Of a stretch of DNA of 32,888 nucleotides, positions 1 to 8,516 are shown piece after piece. Position 1 is the stretch's first letter; each line of letters starts with the position of its first letter. The translations under genes and the position numbers were made by a program. The DNA is from a virus. Its lineage: Duplodnaviria > Caudoviricetes. The notes under the pieces are model-generated. The model saw only the letters and a program-made list of their open reading frames with translations, searched no databases and had not been told where the DNA came from. The stretch covers positions 1-32,888 of the IMG/VR virus record IMGVR_UViG_3300016476_000286; one strand, 5' to 3'.

Positions 1-1489
1 GATATTGTGGCTATAAATAGAACTTCGTTAAGAACTTCAACGAGAAAGGCAAGAGGTGTAAATTTTGAGCAAGAGCAGTTAGACCCAAAGCAATACAATA
101 CAACTACTGCAACAAATTTCGGGTTTATTAATGCCGTTGGTTATCCAGATGCTAATTATGTAACACCAAAAGCCGAAAGTATTAATTTCGATGCACCAAA
201 TGTAGTTGCTGATTTGTTTTTTACAATTTACGGCACTCCGTTTAATGCGGCATCGACTACGCACCAAGTTCAATTAACGGCAACTTTGCGTTCAATGTTT
301 TTTCAAGACTTCACAGGTAGCTATACTTATGAAGAAATAACAATACCATATTCGCAAGCAAATCCTTATCAATGGATTTGTGATTTGACTACGAATGGAG
401 GGAATTTTTTAGCGAAATCATTTAGGACTATTTTGCAAACAAATGCAAAAATATGGTTCTTTAATTTCGAGAATTTCACTATTGTACAAGGGGATGTAAT
501 TGCAAAAAAGGCAATTTTGGAATGCTTTAAAGTCGCTAAACTTGATTTAATTGCTAACAATCTTTTGCCTGTTGATGTTAAGATAATTTGGTATGCTGGG
601 GCAAAGTCAATTTATTTTTCAGATGGTGGATTTGAAGACCAATTTGGAGGACAACCAACACCAGCCAACTATTTAAGTTCGCCATATTACAACGATTACC
701 ACAACTATTACATAGGCAACCAAAACAAATCTGTCTTACAAAGACCATTCGACCAATCGGTTTATGATTATTGTGAATTATATCAAGGATTAGCCGTAAC
801 GAATTATTTTAATTCATATAATACGACTACCTATTGGCATAAAATGGCACACCATTACGATATTAATAACAAATTGGTAAAAGAAAGATTAGGCAATAAT
901 CATCAAGTCAATTTGATGTTCTTAATGTTTGAATATTTTGAAATTGTAAGTGGGTCTAATTGGATTACAGGAGTAAGGAAAGCTGCAAATACAAGTGGAC
1001 AAGCAGAAGGTGCAAAGCCAGATATTCCGCCAGATGTAATGCAGTCAATCGGGGCATGGGCATTCGGTTTTGCTGATGGTAATTTGTGGTGGAATTTCAA
1101 TGATTGGGTTATGGAGTTTTACGAAAACTATACCTATCCAACAGGTTATCCTCCAGAGAATTTTAGAAACAATTTTAGCGGAATTGATTGGTATTATTCA
1201 TCTATTGCACAAATGTATCAGAATAGAGATATTTTATCGGCTAATACTGAATGGCAATATGTTCCACAAAGTAAAGGAGGTGGTCAATTTACAAGTGGAA
1301 ATGAAAACTATCCATTTGTTGGATGGGTATTCCAAAGACCTTTGATTTGTGCAAAGTTTAATGTTGCTGGAACGGAAGCATTAGTTTTGGCTATTAATCC
1401 GTTCAATAATGGATATACAAAGACAACTACACAAGTTCAATTAGTTGCTGGGCAAACAATGAGTATCGATATGTTTGGAACGTACACTA
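1..1489 (+). repeat. Terminal direct repeat, copy A (diverged from 31400-32888)
   Basis: Colinear with 31400-32888 at constant offset 31399, no indels; first 77 nt identical; ~125 substitutions by hand count. Confidence 0.97.
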
Positions 1490-1515
1490 CAATAATGCGA
1501 GTTAAAATTAATTAA
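1..1515 (+). CDS. C-terminal part (allele A) of the ~752-aa tail-tip/receptor-binding protein that starts at 30656
   Basis: Frame open from the window edge; matches the 30656 ORF through the repeat, so the GTG at 7 is internal. Confidence 0.8.
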   Translation, partial: DIVAINRTSLRTSTRKARGVNFEQEQLDPKQYNTTTATNFGFINAVGYPDANYVTPKAESINFDAPNVVADLFFTIYGTPFNAASTTHQVQLTATLRSMFFQDFTGSYTYEEITIPYSQANPYQWICDLTTNGGNFLAKSFRTILQTNAKIWFFNFENFTIVQGDVIAKKAILECFKVAKLDLIANNLLPVDVKIIWYAGAKSIYFSDGGFEDQFGGQPTPANYLSSPYYNDYHNYYIGNQNKSVLQRPFDQSVYDYCELYQGLAVTNYFNSYNTTTYWHKMAHHYDINNKLVKERLGNNHQVNLMFLMFEYFEIVSGSNWITGVRKAANTSGQAEGAKPDIPPDVMQSIGAWAFGFADGNLWWNFNDWVMEFYENYTYPTGYPPENFRNNFSGIDWYYSSIAQMYQNRDILSANTEWQYVPQSKGGGQFTSGNENYPFVGWVFQRPLICAKFNVAGTEALVLAINPFNNGYTKTTTQVQLVAGQTMSIDMFGTYTTIMRVKIN

Positions 1516-1516
1516 A

Positions 1517-1675
1517 ATGATAAAACCTATTTTAGATTTATTGATGCAAAATGAGCATTACAATCAAAGCGAATTGATTGAATTTGCAAAGGGGAAGCAA
1601 GAGATTCCGACAACTTGGAAAAAAGGATTTAAACAAATAAAAAGAGAGTTAAAATGGCGAAAACGTACGATGTAA
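1517..1675 (+). CDS. Small 52-aa protein (MIKPILDLLMQNEHY...AKGKQEIPTTWKKGFKQIKR), not in ORF track
   Basis: ATG just after the upstream stop; fills the gap and overlaps the tape-measure start. Confidence 0.7.
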   Translation: MIKPILDLLMQNEHYNQSELIEFAKGKQEIPTTWKKGFKQIKRELKWRKRTM

Positions 1676-3081
1676 ATTTAAATGTTGAAACAAACATTGA
1701 GCCAACTATTGCAAATCTAAAGGCACTCAAAAGGCAGTTGAAGGAAACGGCTGCTGGTAGTGAGGAGTTCAATAGATTGCAAAAGCAAATTCGGGATTTA
1801 GATGATGCGATTAGTGATGCAGCAAAAACATCCGATGACTTCCTTGGTTATTTGGAAAATGCACCCGGCTTACTTGGAGTATTTGGTCAAGGCATACGTT
1901 CGGCTGAAAGAACATTCAGTTCATTTAATGCCGTTTTAAAGGCTTCTGTTATCGGTGCATTGGTTGGTATTATTGGAGGATTAGCAAGAGCATTTTATCA
2001 ATCAGAGGATGCTGCTAAAAGATTCGGTAAATTAACGCAAGGATTAGAAAAGATTTTTAATGGTGTATTCCGTGCCATTGAACCATTATTTAATATTTTG
2101 GTTGATATGGCTATTTCTGCCTTGCCTATGGTATCAAAGGCATTTGAGGTGGTTTATGGTTCGGTTACTGCCGTTCTTCAATCCTTTGGTTATTTAGGAA
2201 GTGCAATCGGTAAACTAATAAGAGGGGATTTTTCTGGTGCTTGGGATGAAGCTAAAAAATCGGTAACAAACTTTTCTACAAATTACGATTCAGCAGTAAA
2301 ACGATTTACGGCTGGAACGCAAGAGATGACCAAAGTACAAAAGGAGGAAGCTAAAAAACGTAGAGAGGAAAGACAAAAAGAATTAGATGAGGAATTAGCT
2401 GCCTTAACTGCTGCCAATGACAAAATCAGACAAGCCGATAAAGAGGAAAGAGAAAAGCGATTCAAAGAATTAACTGCCGATTTACGTTATGCCAAAAAAC
2501 TTCAAACTGATTTCGAAGAGGACAAGACAAAGACAGATAAAAAGTATGCCGAGCAAAGAATCAATCTAATCAAAGTTGAAAACAAAACTAAAGAGGATTT
2601 AACACAGGATTATGTAAATACTGCAATGCGAATCGGTCAAGGATTAAGACAAATCGCTGGGCAGAACAAAGAATTGGCTATTGCTGGAATCGTTTTGGAA
2701 CAAGCGGCTGCGATTGCTTCGATTGCTATTAATACTCAAAAGAATGCGGCGAAATATGGCTATTTATCTCCTTTAGGTATTGCCGAACTTGCTGCTGGTG
2801 CTTTGGGTGTTGCTTCGGCTATTGCTGCTGCTAAAAAAGGTATTCAAGAGATTCGTTCTGGCAATACATCCGCAAGCCAAATGAGTTTTGGAAATCCTCA
2901 AATGGTTTCGACATATTCGGCAGCACCTATCTTTAATGTAGTTGGAACTTCGCCAATAAATCAAGCTGCAATGGCAATGAATAATTCAGCTAATCAGCCT
3001 ATAAAAGCCTATGTGGTAAGCAAGGATATTAGTACTGCACAAGAACTTGATAGAAATAAAATTTCAGCAATCGGACTTTGA
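1654..3081 (+). CDS. Tail tape measure protein (short, 475 aa)
   Basis: Helical Ala/Gly-rich amphipathic segments, GDFSGAWDEAKK motif, charged coiled coil, C-terminal IKAYVVSKDI. Confidence 0.75.
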   Translation: MAKTYDVNLNVETNIEPTIANLKALKRQLKETAAGSEEFNRLQKQIRDLDDAISDAAKTSDDFLGYLENAPGLLGVFGQGIRSAERTFSSFNAVLKASVIGALVGIIGGLARAFYQSEDAAKRFGKLTQGLEKIFNGVFRAIEPLFNILVDMAISALPMVSKAFEVVYGSVTAVLQSFGYLGSAIGKLIRGDFSGAWDEAKKSVTNFSTNYDSAVKRFTAGTQEMTKVQKEEAKKRREERQKELDEELAALTAANDKIRQADKEEREKRFKELTADLRYAKKLQTDFEEDKTKTDKKYAEQRINLIKVENKTKEDLTQDYVNTAMRIGQGLRQIAGQNKELAIAGIVLEQAAAIASIAINTQKNAAKYGYLSPLGIAELAAGALGVASAIAAAKKGIQEIRSGNTSASQMSFGNPQMVSTYSAAPIFNVVGTSPINQAAMAMNNSANQPIKAYVVSKDISTAQELDRNKISAIGL

Positions 3082-3088
3082 AAATAAA

Positions 3089-3120
3089 ACAAAATGCAAA
3101 AAAATAGTTTAAAGGGTATG
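3089..3120 (+). promoter_or_regulatory. Putative phage late promoter (ACAAAA-N12-GTTTA-N6-ATG)
   Basis: Same motif and spacing as at 6320-6351 and 25245-25277. Confidence 0.6.
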
Positions 3121-3969
3121 CAAATCGTTGAACTTGTAATTAAAGATGAAGAGGATGGTCAAGAAGCCATTGCGTTGGTAGATAGACCAGCGATTCAGCG
3201 TAATTTTGTTGCTTTTGTAGATGAATCATTTAACAATTATCCAGAGGCAGTTAAAAACAATGCAAAACGTGCATTAGATTGGGCGGATAAAAATGGATGG
3301 GGGTCTTGTGGTACACCTGTTGGGAAAACAAGAGCCAATCAATTAGCTAATGGCGAAAATATTTCGTTTGATACCGTTCAGCGAATGTATAGCTATTTAT
3401 CAAGGCACAAAAGAGATTTGGAAACGTCTAAATCTTACGAAGATGGATGTGGTAAACTAATGTGGGATGCTTGGGGTGGCGATGAGGCTTTGCGTTGGTC
3501 GGAAAGAATCGTAAATAAATATTCTTTCAGAATTGAAAACGAAGAGCAAAGAATCATTAGTGGTGCATTACTTTTAGCAGATACTCCTATTTACCGAAAG
3601 GATGGAGATAAAGAATTTTACGTTATGTTTTCAAAAGATACTATCAAAAAAATAGCTATCAAATACTTCAAGGAAGGGAAACACAACAACGTAAATGAGA
3701 TGCACAATCCGAAAAAGGCATTACAAAATATTACTTTGTTTGAATCGTGGATTAGCGACAAGGAAAGAGGTATCAAGCCAATGGAAGGATTTGAGGATGT
3801 TCCAGATGGTTCATGGTTTGGCTCAATGAAAATCGAAGATGATGAAACTTGGGCAAAAGTAAAAGAAGGTAAATTTAAAGGATTTTCTATCGAAGGATAT
3901 TTCAGCAATAAAGGACAAGAGTTTATTACTGATGAGGAATTGGTAGATGAAATTTGTAAAGTAATATGA
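3118..3969 (+). CDS. Prohead protease, XkdF-like putative serine protease, with ~100-aa inserted domain
   Basis: AIALVDRPAI, RIISGALL, NEMH, ESWI, GSWFGSMK, FKGFSIEG motifs; precedes scaffold and capsid; start 3118 chosen from promoter motif. Confidence 0.85.
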   Translation: MQIVELVIKDEEDGQEAIALVDRPAIQRNFVAFVDESFNNYPEAVKNNAKRALDWADKNGWGSCGTPVGKTRANQLANGENISFDTVQRMYSYLSRHKRDLETSKSYEDGCGKLMWDAWGGDEALRWSERIVNKYSFRIENEEQRIISGALLLADTPIYRKDGDKEFYVMFSKDTIKKIAIKYFKEGKHNNVNEMHNPKKALQNITLFESWISDKERGIKPMEGFEDVPDGSWFGSMKIEDDETWAKVKEGKFKGFSIEGYFSNKGQEFITDEELVDEICKVI

Positions 3970-4148
3970 GCAAAACAACAAGCCCAAAAGGTGGCAAAAG
4001 AGGATGTTTGTGCAAAGATGGCACTTATTCATCTAAATGTTGCGATGGAGAATTACAAAGTCAAGGAATTGGCTCATTAGTTCAACAGGAAACAAGCAAC
4101 GTAGTAAACGTAAACCAAGAAAGAGTAATTACAAACGTTTCACAATAA
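3966..4148 (+). CDS. Small Cys-rich protein (GCLCKDGTYSSKCCDG)
   Basis: Overlaps the protease stop; stop is 2 nt before the scaffold ATG. Confidence 0.7.
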   Translation: MSKTTSPKGGKRGCLCKDGTYSSKCCDGELQSQGIGSLVQQETSNVVNVNQERVITNVSQ

Positions 4149-4150
4149 AT

Positions 4151-4720
4151 ATGGATTACAAATTAAAAGCTAACAAAGTTCGTGCAGCTTTAGGCTTTGA
4201 AATCAAATTAGCACAAATGATGCTTGCAGATGGTATTACCGTTTTGGAAGCAGAAGCATTTGAGGCTGGTTTTTCAGTTGGTATCGTAACAGAAGATGGC
4301 ATTGTGCCTTTACCTGTTGGCGATTATCAATTAGAGGATGGAAAAGTTTTAAAGGTAGAACAAGAGGGTGTAATTGCTTCGATTGAAGATGCACCAATGG
4401 CAGAAGAGCCAGAGCAAGAAGCAACCGTTGAGGTAGAGGTAGAAGCACAAGCAGAGCCACAGCCAAAGCGTGTTGTTGAATCAATTAGCAAGGAAACATT
4501 CTTTGCAGAAATTGAAAAAGTAAGAGCCGAATTGATGGCACAAATCGAGGAGTTAAAAGCCGAGAAAGCCGTTAAAGAGGAAGTACAACTTTCAGATGAT
4601 GAGCCAGCAGTTGAGCCAATCGTTTCCAATCCAGAGAAAGAGCAAAACGAGATGTTTAACTTCGGGCAATCGAGAGTTCAAACAATTCAAGATAAAGTAT
4701 TCGAGAAATTATTTAATTAA
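4151..4720 (+). CDS. Capsid scaffolding protein
   Basis: Very acidic, coiled-coil C-terminal half, between protease and capsid; ATG 4151 preferred to 4037. Confidence 0.7.
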   Translation: MDYKLKANKVRAALGFEIKLAQMMLADGITVLEAEAFEAGFSVGIVTEDGIVPLPVGDYQLEDGKVLKVEQEGVIASIEDAPMAEEPEQEATVEVEVEAQAEPQPKRVVESISKETFFAEIEKVRAELMAQIEELKAEKAVKEEVQLSDDEPAVEPIVSNPEKEQNEMFNFGQSRVQTIQDKVFEKLFN

Positions 4721-4728
4721 CAAACAAA

Positions 4729-5682
4729 ATGCCAACAACAACTTCAATTACCACAACTTATGCTGGTAAATATGCTGGAAAAATTATTGCAGCATCATTA
4801 TTGTCTTCTCCTACCATCGACAGAGGTGGTATCGAGGTAAAACCAAATGTTCAATTTAAAGAGGTAATCAAGCGTGTAGCTACTGATGACATCTTAAAGG
4901 ATGGTTCTTGCGATTTTACTGCAACTTCTACCGTTACATTGACCGAGAAAATTTTACAACCAAAAGAATTACAAGTGAACTTGCAACTTTGCAAAAAAGA
5001 CTTCACTTCTGATTGGTTGGCAGTTGAGCAAGGATTTTCAGCTTTCAAAACTTTGCCTTCATCATTCCAAGATTTCTTAATCGCTCACGTTGCTGCTAAA
5101 GTTGCCGCAAAGAACGAGACTAACATCTGGCAAGGTGCTGCCGCTAACTCTGGCGAGTTCAACGGATTTGAGGCTTTATTAGCTGCCGATGCTGCTTTAC
5201 CTTCGGGTCAAGAGATTACAGGTACTACCGTAACTGCTTCAAACGTAATTACCGAGCTTGGTAAAATCGTTGATGCTTTACCATCTTCATTGTACACTAA
5301 AGAAGATTTGCATATCTACGTTTCTCAAAACATCGCTCGTGCTTACGTTCGTGCTTTGGGTGGTTTCGGTGCTTCTGGTTTAGGTGCAAACGGTACAAAT
5401 TCATTGGGTACTCAATGGTACAATAACGGTTCATTATCTTTCGATGGTGTTAAGTTATTCGTAGCCGATGGTATGAGTTCAAATAAAGCAATCGCTACTT
5501 TAAAATCAAACTTATTCTTCGGAACAGGATTGGTTAGCGATATGAACGAGGTTAAAGTAATTGACATGGCTGACATCGATGGTTCACAAAACGTAAGAAT
5601 TGTGATGCGAATGAGTGCTGGTGTACAATACGGATTTGCTTCTGATGTTGTTACTTACGGTATCACTAATTCAGCTAACTAA
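4729..5682 (+). CDS. Major capsid protein
   Basis: 317 aa after protease/scaffold, followed by terminator; TTTYAG..AG, LQVNLQLCKKDF, NLFFGTGL motifs typical of this phage type. Confidence 0.85.
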   Translation: MPTTTSITTTYAGKYAGKIIAASLLSSPTIDRGGIEVKPNVQFKEVIKRVATDDILKDGSCDFTATSTVTLTEKILQPKELQVNLQLCKKDFTSDWLAVEQGFSAFKTLPSSFQDFLIAHVAAKVAAKNETNIWQGAAANSGEFNGFEALLAADAALPSGQEITGTTVTASNVITELGKIVDALPSSLYTKEDLHIYVSQNIARAYVRALGGFGASGLGANGTNSLGTQWYNNGSLSFDGVKLFVADGMSSNKAIATLKSNLFFGTGLVSDMNEVKVIDMADIDGSQNVRIVMRMSAGVQYGFASDVVTYGITNSAN

Positions 5683-5687
5683 TTTAG

Positions 5688-5714
5688 TGGGGGAGTAACA
5701 TCCCCCATATTTTT
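5688..5714 (+). terminator. Intrinsic terminator after capsid gene (probably partial)
   Basis: TGGGGGA-gtaaca-TCCCCCA then TATTTTT. Confidence 0.75.
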
Positions 5715-5736
5715 CCAACACTTTAAATAATTCATA

Positions 5737-6264
5737 ATGGCTTGTGATATTTCATTAGGTAGATTAGAACCGTGCAAAACGGGTGTTGGTGGTTTAAAAG
5801 CCGTTTATTTTGTGAATTGGGGGGATGCAACAGGGTACACTTATGACGGTACAAATACTGATGCAATTACTGCCGTAGCTGGCACTCCAACTGCCTACAA
5901 ATATGAAGTAAAAGGTGCTTCATCTTTTGAGCAAACAATCAATTCAAACAGAGATACAGGAACTACGTTCTTTACTCAAACTTTGAATTTAACACTTAAA
6001 AAATTAACGGTCGCAGACCACAAACAAATTAAACTTTTAGCATACGGAAGACCGCAAGTTATCATTGAGGATAACAATGGCAACTTATTCTATGCTGGTT
6101 TATTGCGTGGTATGGAGGTAACAGGTGGCACTATCGTAACAGGTACTGCATTGGGCGATTTGTCTGGTTATACTTTGGTATTAACAGGAGAAGAGCCAAC
6201 ACCAGCGAACTTCATTACAACTACTTTGACAACTGCTGGATTTACAATAGTTCAAGGTTCATAG
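5737..6264 (+). CDS. Major tail tube protein (putative)
   Basis: 175-aa beta-rich Thr/Gly protein after capsid; MACD...PCK..VGGLKAVYF, GTTFFTQTLNL, GYTLVLTGEE. Confidence 0.7.
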   Translation: MACDISLGRLEPCKTGVGGLKAVYFVNWGDATGYTYDGTNTDAITAVAGTPTAYKYEVKGASSFEQTINSNRDTGTTFFTQTLNLTLKKLTVADHKQIKLLAYGRPQVIIEDNNGNLFYAGLLRGMEVTGGTIVTGTALGDLSGYTLVLTGEEPTPANFITTTLTTAGFTIVQGS

Positions 6265-6316
6265 ATTGAATTTGGGGTTCAATCGGGGGAAGTCTAAACG
6301 GCTTCCCTTTTTTTTT
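6264..6316 (+). terminator. Strong intrinsic terminator preceded by a second hairpin
   Basis: GGGAAGTC-taaac-GGCTTCCC plus T9 (6287-6316); upstream GATTGAA-tttgggg-TTCAATC (6264-6284). Confidence 0.85.
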
Positions 6317-6319
6317 AAA

Positions 6320-6351
6320 ACAAAATTGAATTTTGTGGTTTATATAGTATG
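6320..6351 (+). promoter_or_regulatory. Putative phage late promoter (ACAAAA-N12-GTTTA-N6-ATG)
   Basis: Directly after a strong terminator, where a new promoter is needed; spacing identical to the 3089 copy. Confidence 0.65.
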
Positions 6352-6771
6352 ATTATCTTAAAACAATTAAATACGGCACAGGAAGTAAAATTTATTCCTA
6401 CAAGAGTGAGCCAATTAGGCGATGATGTGCAATATTTAATTAATAGAATAAATGTAGAGGGTGCAAGTTTAGAAGCATTACAATGCTTACAACAAAATAT
6501 TGATTACTTGCCTAATATTTTACGTTTAAGAAACGAAACGACAAACGAGGTAATTACTCAAACGATTACTTGTAGTTTAGAACGATTCTATTTTAAGTTT
6601 TCAGCTATTTTGAATTTAGAGCAAGGGCATTTCTATTCAATGGAAGTTTTTGCTAATCAGAATTTAATACATAGAGATAAAATATTTTGCACTAATCAAG
6701 ATGTTGAAACCTATTCGGTAAATAAAGATGAATATGTGCCAAAAGGCGATACGATAATTTTCTATGAATAA
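6349..6771 (+). CDS. Hypothetical virion protein
   Basis: 140-aa ORF overlapping the portal start; carries the shared RxxxxG..E...CL motif. Confidence 0.7.
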   Translation: MIILKQLNTAQEVKFIPTRVSQLGDDVQYLINRINVEGASLEALQCLQQNIDYLPNILRLRNETTNEVITQTITCSLERFYFKFSAILNLEQGHFYSMEVFANQNLIHRDKIFCTNQDVETYSVNKDEYVPKGDTIIFYE

Positions 6772-8515
6772 GAGAAGCAGTAATTTATACTCGTTCCAAA
6801 TGGAACAATACAAAGCACCCATTTTGAAAGAATCAAAAAACGGGGAGTATGTAGAGTATGGGGAAAACAACAATTACTTCCAATTTTTGTTGGATAGATA
6901 TAACAATTCTACCACAAACAACGCAGTAATAAACAACGTTATTAAATTGATTTATGGTCGTGGCTTGGATGCAACAGATTCCAATAAGAAGCCAAATGAC
7001 TATGCTCAAATGATGATGTTGCTACGTAAAGATGTTGTCAAAAAGTGTGTTTCTGATTTAAAGATGCTTGGGCAATTTGTGCTTCAAGTAATTTACAATA
7101 AAAAGGGAGATAAAATTGTCAAGGTCGAACATTCTCCGATTCAAAATTGGAGGGCTGGAAAATGTAATGAGAAGGGAGAAATTTACCAGTATTTTTATTC
7201 GGATAATTGGGCAGATGTGCAACATTACAAGCCAACTGCATACCCAGCATTTGGGATGGGAGATAAAAAATTGGAGATTCTTTGGGTAGGTAATTACACG
7301 GTCGGGCAGAAGTACTATTCAAACGTTGATTATTTAGGTGCTTTGCCTTATGCTAAATTAGAAGAGGAGATTGCCGACTACTTGATAAATGAGGTGCAAA
7401 ATTCATTTAGTGGTACAACCGTTGTTAACTTTAACAATGGTATTCCCGATGAGGAAAAAAGAAGGGAGATTGCCGATGATGTAAAGTCTAAATTGACAGG
7501 TTCAAAAGGTCAAAAGGTAATCGTTTCGTTTAACAATGATGACACCAAAAAAACAACGGTTGATTCAATTTCTTTAAACGATGCCCCAGACCATTACACC
7601 TATTTAAGTGAGGAATCAAGAAGTAAGATTTTATTGGCTCATGGTGTAGTAAGTGGTTTGCAATTTGGCATTCCTTCAAACAATGGATTTAGTTCAAATG
7701 CCGATGAGTTAAAAAATGCGTTTACGTTGTTTGATAATTTAGTTATTCGACCGTTCCAAGATACATTAATTGATGCGTTCCAAAAGATATTAGAATACAA
7801 TGGTGTTGCGTTAAATCTTTATTTTAAGACATTGCAACCATTGGAGTTTACTGATTTAAATCCGATTGTGGACAAGGAAACGGCAGAAGAGGAAACGGGA
7901 GTTAAGTTATCAAGCCATTTAGATGAAATGGATTTGGAGGAGTATGGCGAGGATGTTGATTTAAACGAATGGGAACTAATTGATAGCAGAAGAGTTGATT
8001 CGATTGAGGAAGATGAAGCGATGGATGTGGAATTAGAACTTTTGAACAACCCAAAGAAAGGTATTATGGAAAAGTTTTGGGAGTTCGTTACGACAGGGAT
8101 TGCAAGACCAGATTTGAAATCAGAGCAAGATGGCAAATTATTTATGAGCCGTTATCGTTATGCTGGCGAAACAACTGAAAAGTCAAGACCATTTTGTCAA
8201 AGAATGATTGCGAGAAACAAATTGTATCGCAAGGAGGACATTGAAAGAATGAGCCAAAACGCAAGTACAAATCCGGGATGGGGGCCGGGTGGAACCGATA
8301 CATACAATATCTTTTTTTACAAAGGAGGAGGCAACTGCCACCATTATTGGGTTCGTGAAACTTATAGAAGATTTACATATAACGTAAGAGGTGGCAATGC
8401 ACCAACTATTACACCAGCACAGGCAAGAAAAGAAGGCGAAATTTTGCCAACTAATAATAAATTGGTTTATACAAAACCGATTGACATGCCAAATAGAGGA
8501 TTTTTAAATAAGTAA
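6764..8515 (+). CDS. Portal protein with C-terminal MuF-like extension
   Basis: N-terminal ~370 aa portal-like (YGENNNYFQFLLDRYNNSTTNNAVIN, ILLAHGVVSGLQFGI, VIRPFQ); C-terminus SRPFC..M...GGGNCHHYW. Confidence 0.8.
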   Translation: MNKRSSNLYSFQMEQYKAPILKESKNGEYVEYGENNNYFQFLLDRYNNSTTNNAVINNVIKLIYGRGLDATDSNKKPNDYAQMMMLLRKDVVKKCVSDLKMLGQFVLQVIYNKKGDKIVKVEHSPIQNWRAGKCNEKGEIYQYFYSDNWADVQHYKPTAYPAFGMGDKKLEILWVGNYTVGQKYYSNVDYLGALPYAKLEEEIADYLINEVQNSFSGTTVVNFNNGIPDEEKRREIADDVKSKLTGSKGQKVIVSFNNDDTKKTTVDSISLNDAPDHYTYLSEESRSKILLAHGVVSGLQFGIPSNNGFSSNADELKNAFTLFDNLVIRPFQDTLIDAFQKILEYNGVALNLYFKTLQPLEFTDLNPIVDKETAEEETGVKLSSHLDEMDLEEYGEDVDLNEWELIDSRRVDSIEEDEAMDVELELLNNPKKGIMEKFWEFVTTGIARPDLKSEQDGKLFMSRYRYAGETTEKSRPFCQRMIARNKLYRKEDIERMSQNASTNPGWGPGGTDTYNIFFYKGGGNCHHYWVRETYRRFTYNVRGGNAPTITPAQARKEGEILPTNNKLVYTKPIDMPNRGFLNK

Positions 8516-8516
8516 G

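Noticed and set aside
7-9. GTG start given by the ORF track
   Set aside because: The other repeat copy shows the frame extends 250 codons upstream to ATG 30656.
1-1489. Diversity-generating retroelement TR/VR pair
   Set aside because: Differences are mostly synonymous third-position changes of all types, not adenine-specific; the repeat is 1.5 kb and no reverse transcriptase is present.
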